Under the pieces are notes generated by a model, which did no database searches, was not told the origin of the DNA, and worked only from the letters and a program-made list of their open reading frames with translations. This document shows positions 62,859 to 64,000 of a stretch of DNA of 64,000 nt, piece by piece. Position 1 is the stretch's first letter. Every line of letters starts with the position of its first letter. A program made the position numbers and the translations under genes. The DNA is from Anolis carolinensis (lineage: Eukaryota), in NCBI RefSeq assembly GCF_035594765.1, contig NC_085841.1, positions 368,517,252-368,581,251 of the forward strand. Reading direction: 5' to 3'.

Positions 62859-64000
62859 GGACAGATGCCAGAAAGGTTGCCATGGGTAAGACTGGGGCAC
62901 CTGGGTTTCAAATGGATCTGAAGGGCAGGGAAAGAGACTCTCGAAGGAAGGAGTTGCCCCAAAGAGAGAGGAACCCTTCCTCTTGAATCACTGCAGAAGC
63001 CCTATGGGGAATGCTCAGCTGCAAGAAGAGAGGGGTGAAAGGGAGTATGGAAGATCCACCTCGAAAGGGCTCAAGGGATGCTGGCTCTCTTTCTGCTGCT
63101 CTGGAGGAGAGGCAGCCCATGAACCAATGGACTCCAACTGCAGGGAAAGGGATTCCACCAAAACATGAGGGAAAGCATCTCCATAGAGGGAGAAGCCTGA
63201 GAAGAGAAGGCAGGATTCCTGCTGCCTGACTTTGGGGGGCCTTGTTCTGGAGCAGGGGTGCATGTGCCAGCACTCCCTGCACATGCAAGCGCAACACACA
63301 TGACTGCCTGCACGCACCCCGCTCCATTCTCCCACCCTCCCAAGATGCATCACTCAAAGCCTCCCTTCTGAGTCGGCGGCTGAGCTCTGGGTGCAAGAGG
63401 AGCCTCCTCCTCCCCCTCCCCTCCCCTCCCCTCCCCTCCCCTCCCCTCGCCCCACCCGGCCATGAGGCAGCAGCAGGCAGATGGTGCTGCTCACGAGGAG
63501 GAAGCGCAGGCAGGAGCAGAATGGGGTGGGTGGGGGGACAACATGTATGTGCATGCCACCAACCCCCCTCCCCAAGCCCCACGCCTTCCTCTCACAGCCC
63601 TGGATCCTTCCCTGTGATGGGGATCTGGCCTTTCTCTGGTCCAAATCTGGCCCAAGAAGAGTCAGTGCGCACGGGATCAGGCCAAGTCGGTGCCTTCCTG
63701 GCACGGCTGCTTAAACAGGAAATTTGGCTCCAGAGGCAGAAGCAACCTCTGCGCCACAAAAAAGGAACAGCGGCTCCGACACATTTCAGGCCATTGGTGG
63801 TTCTACACTGGCAACAGGCAGGACAGGATGCAAACGCAAGGACCAGGCCAGGAAAAGGCTTCTTCCAAATGCATCCAGGGCCACTTTGGGGTTTTGCCAC
63901 TCTCCACTTCCCCCATGGCTTCCGTTTTGGTGGCCAGCCTGGCAAGGCTCTGCTCTTTCAACAGACTGGGCATGGCTCGCCCTCCCTCTCCTTTTCTCCC

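Overview
Squamate reptile genomic DNA. Sauria SINEs plus the CR1/L2/RTE/R4/Penelope/hAT repeat spectrum point to an Anolis-type lizard. There is one 132-N assembly gap. The only supportable protein-coding gene is LRFN5 (SALM5) on the minus strand. It has two coding exons (42313-40908 and 36144-35100) joined by a phase-2 GT-AG intron, giving 816 aa: signal peptide, LRRs, Ig, FNIII, TM and a cytoplasmic tail. The rest of the window is a TE-dense, gene-poor region with short non-repetitive islands. Main observations: (1) this SALM5 reads through a consensus internal splice donor into a SALM1-like tail ending in a class I PDZ-binding motif (EWILESTV), which canonical mammalian SALM5 lacks; (2) many Penelope terminal repeats carry minimal hammerhead ribozyme motifs, often as inverted pairs; (3) three R4/Dong elements are stacked in one (TAA)n microsatellite; (4) palindromic hAT MITEs carry copy-specific mutations mirrored on both arms; (5) an inverted pair of CR1 copies shares the same frameshift. 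Nearly all other ORFs in the track are chance, microsatellite or TE-relic frames. Comparisons with mammalian sequences and TE family names come from recall, not database searches.
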